Below, one piece after another: positions 39,125-41,525 of a DNA stretch of 41,525 nt. The translations under genes were made by a program, and so were the position numbers. This DNA is from Fidelibacterota bacterium (lineage in GTDB: Bacteria > Fidelibacterota > UBA2242): NCBI GenBank assembly GCA_049975265.1, contig JBNGDF010000002.1, positions 154,543-196,067 of the forward strand, written 5' to 3'. The notes under the pieces were generated by a model. The model worked only from the letters and a program-made list of their open reading frames with translations. It was not told the DNA's origin and did no database searches. Each line of letters opens with the position of its first letter. The stretch's first letter is position 1.

Positions 39125-39410
39125 ATTATTAGAAGATGAAAAATCAATAGAAAGTGAGATTGATTTTCTTAAACCTATATCAGGAGAAAAGAAAGAGAGA
39201 ATATCAAAAATAATTGCCAAAGCAAAGAAAAACAGGTCAATCAGTTTGCGAGTATCCAATTTTGATTTAGAAAAACTAAAAGAGAAAGCGGATACTGAAG
39301 GAATACCGTACCAGACTTTAATTAATTCTATTCTTCATAAATATATTACCGGTCAACTTTTAGAAAAAGACCAAGTAATCAAGTCATTTCGTATTATTGC
39401 TAAAACCTGA
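39111..39410 (+). CDS. BrnA/CopG-like RHH antitoxin
   Basis: ISLRVS..DLE.LK.KA..EGIPYQTLI.SILHKY; GGAG RBS, overlaps the toxin. Confidence 0.85.
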   Translation: METIKLLEDEKSIESEIDFLKPISGEKKERISKIIAKAKKNRSISLRVSNFDLEKLKEKADTEGIPYQTLINSILHKYITGQLLEKDQVIKSFRIIAKT

Positions 39411-39521
39411 AATCATCACCGGATTACATATTAAGAAGGAAAATTGAAGCATACAATCGCTGGTTGGAGACAATGCGATGGGCGGTTGTATGCTTTCGAG
39501 ATTTTCGAATCTAAAGAAGCA

Positions 39522-39558
39522 ACACCCAACCTTCCGAAGGTTCAACCTTCGGAAGGTT
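39522..39558. repeat. REP-like nested palindrome, copy 2
   Basis: ACACCC-AACCTTCCGAAGGTT-C-AACCTTCGGAAGGTT. Confidence 0.8.
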
Positions 39559-39659
39559 CAGTCAGGCTGCTGCCGTCATCTTCTCTGACGGCTTTTTTTA
39601 GTTGTAAAATAACGGAAACCACATAAATTAAAATCAACGGTAGTGGAAAATGAGATGGC

Positions 39660-39890
39660 ATGCCGATAATCAGAGTTTTAGAAGAAAATGAAATACAAAC
39701 AAATGTTCATATCAATCGCTATTGGGGAAGTATGTACAATGAACATACCCCTATGTTATCAGAAAGGCAGAACACCAATTTATTGGTAAGTGAAATGCTT
39801 ATTGTAAATAATTTTCTAAACTCCTTCTCCCAAGATGTAAGCCATCCGTTACCTGGAAAGAAAATGAATGACACATTTGGAGAAAAATAG
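39660..39890 (+). CDS. Possible small hypothetical protein or gene remnant
   Basis: 76-aa AT-rich ORF whose stop overlaps the hsdM start. No recognisable motif. Confidence 0.25.
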   Translation: MPIIRVLEENEIQTNVHINRYWGSMYNEHTPMLSERQNTNLLVSEMLIVNNFLNSFSQDVSHPLPGKKMNDTFGEK

Positions 39891-41470
39891 TGGCAAATAA
39901 TCATAACGGCAGTAAAGAACAGGAACGCGCTGAACTGCACCGCACTATATGGCAGATCGCCAATGATCTCCGGGGAAGTGTCGACGGCTGGGACTTTAAA
40001 CAATATGTCCTGGGCATGCTGTTTTATCGCTTCATCAGCGAAAATCTGACCGCTTATATCAATAAAGAAGAGCGACGTGCAGGCAATTCAGACTTTGACT
40101 ACGCAAAATTATCCGATGATAAAGCGGAATTTGGACGTGCGGATACCGTGAAGGAAAAGGGATTTTATATCCTGCCAAGTGAGCTTTTTGTCAATGTTAG
40201 CGCCGAGGCACGCAACGATGCCAATCTCAATGAAACGCTGGCAGCGGTATTCCGCAACATTGAAAATTCCGCTATAGGCACAGAAAGTGAACCCGATCTG
40301 AAAGGCTTATTTGATGATCTTGATGTGAACTCCAACAAGCTGGGCAATACAGTCGAAAAACGGAACAAGACACTGGCTAAACTCCTTGAGGCGATCGGCG
40401 ACCTGAAACTGGGCAATTATTATGACAACACCATCGATGCCTTTGGCGATGCATACGAGTTTTTAATGACCATGTATGCGGCCAATGCGGGAAAATCCGG
40501 GGGGGAATTTTTTACGCCGCAGGAGGTCAGCGAGCTTTTGGCTTCCATAACAACAGTGGGAAAGAAAGAGGTCAATAAGGTCTATGACCCGGCATGCGGT
40601 TCCGGGTCGCTGCTGCTGAAGTTTGCCAAAATCCTGGGCAAGGAAAATGTAAGAATGGGGTTCTTTGGCCAAGAGGTAAATCTCACGATCTATAACCTTT
40701 GCCGCATCAATATGTTTTTGCACGATATCAATTACAATCATTTTGATATTGCCCACGGCGATACACTGACCGATCCGAAGCACTGGGATGATGAACCCTT
40801 TGACGCGATCGTTTCCAATCCACCCTATTCTACCCGGTGGGAAGGCGACAGCAATCCGCTGCTGATTAATGATCCGCGTTTTTCCCCGGCAGGCGTACTG
40901 GCACCCAAGAGCAAGGCGGATCTTGCCTTTACCATGCATATGCTGTCATGGCTCTCCACCAGCGGCACGGCTGCCATCGTAGAATTTCCCGGCGTGCTCT
41001 ATCGCGGCGGTGCGGAGCGGAAGATCCGTAAATACCTGGTGGATAACAATTATATCGATACCGTAATCCAGCTGCCGCCGGATCTTTTCTTCGGCACGAC
41101 CATCGCCACCTGCATTATCGTACTGAAAAAAAGCAAGAAGGATAATAAAACCCTCTTTATCGACGCATCGGCGGAATTTGTGCGCGGAGGAAATAAGAAT
41201 AAGCTGACGGAGGAAAACCGGGCAAGAATCCTGAACGCATTTGCAACCCGGGAAGATATTGAGTATTTCTGCCGGGTGGTGGATAACAGCAAAATTGAGG
41301 AAAACGACTACAATATCGCCGTTTCGTCCTATGTGACACAAAAAGACACCCGTGAGATAATTGACATAAAAAAACTCAATGCTGAGATTAAGGATATTGT
41401 TGCCCGCCAAAACGAATTGCGTACAGCAATTGATGAAATTGTAGCGGATTTGGGGGACGGGCATGAATAA
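39890..41470 (+). CDS. hsdM: Type I restriction-modification system methyltransferase subunit
   Basis: IW.IANDLRG.VDGWDFK.Y, GEFFTPQEV, DPACGSGSLL, NPPY. Confidence 0.95.
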   Translation: MANNHNGSKEQERAELHRTIWQIANDLRGSVDGWDFKQYVLGMLFYRFISENLTAYINKEERRAGNSDFDYAKLSDDKAEFGRADTVKEKGFYILPSELFVNVSAEARNDANLNETLAAVFRNIENSAIGTESEPDLKGLFDDLDVNSNKLGNTVEKRNKTLAKLLEAIGDLKLGNYYDNTIDAFGDAYEFLMTMYAANAGKSGGEFFTPQEVSELLASITTVGKKEVNKVYDPACGSGSLLLKFAKILGKENVRMGFFGQEVNLTIYNLCRINMFLHDINYNHFDIAHGDTLTDPKHWDDEPFDAIVSNPPYSTRWEGDSNPLLINDPRFSPAGVLAPKSKADLAFTMHMLSWLSTSGTAAIVEFPGVLYRGGAERKIRKYLVDNNYIDTVIQLPPDLFFGTTIATCIIVLKKSKKDNKTLFIDASAEFVRGGNKNKLTEENRARILNAFATREDIEYFCRVVDNSKIEENDYNIAVSSYVTQKDTREIIDIKKLNAEIKDIVARQNELRTAIDEIVADLGDGHE

Positions 41471-41525
41471 GGTCGAACAGCTGATCGCCGAGCTTTGTCC
41501 GGAGGGGGTGGAGTTTAAGGAGTTG
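41463..41525 (+). CDS. hsdS: Type I R-M specificity subunit, N-terminus (runs off the window edge)
   Basis: MNKVEQLIAELCPEGVEFKEL overlapping the hsdM stop, a typical type IC-like HsdS start. Confidence 0.8.
   Translation, partial: MNKVEQLIAELCPEGVEFKEL

Noticed and set aside
38733..39558. 37-bp repeats as a CRISPR array or integron attC sites
   Set aside because: Only two copies ~790 bp apart, no cas or integrase gene, and no clear RYYYAAC...GTTRRRY attC architecture.
39444..39626. 60-aa ORF downstream of the antitoxin
   Set aside because: It reads through the palindromic repeat and has no recognisable protein features.

Overview
Bacterial chromosomal window of mostly moderate GC. It is probably from an anaerobic FCB-superphylum organism (inference from a T9SS-like C-terminal sorting domain, a Caldithrix-type DPP III, rubrerythrin and B12-dependent proteins). 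It holds about 38 CDS, dominated by peptide and amino-acid catabolism (M49 peptidase, pepT, pepE, M48, proline/sarcosine-oxidase-like pair, aminotransferase, 2-hydroxyacid dehydrogenase), signalling (two-component pair, CHASE2 adenylate cyclase, GGDEF), transporters, an AT-rich murB-murA pair, a BrnT-type toxin-antitoxin module and the start of a type I R-M locus. Best leads: (1) a perfect sigma54 promoter driving an ORF-free ~160-nt unit with C-rich anti-Shine-Dalgarno hairpin loops and an intrinsic terminator (candidate sRNA), divergent from a receiver domain fused to a PD-(D/E)xK-like domain; (2) a globin-like + CarH-type B12 sensor operon coupled to a Cys-rich partner and a diguanylate cyclase; (3) a TA module bracketed by two nested-palindrome REP-like repeats; (4) a MurB with a divergent active site next to a broken Ig-like lipoprotein gene. 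No rRNA, tRNA or CRISPR array was seen. All family calls come from motif recognition; no searches were run.
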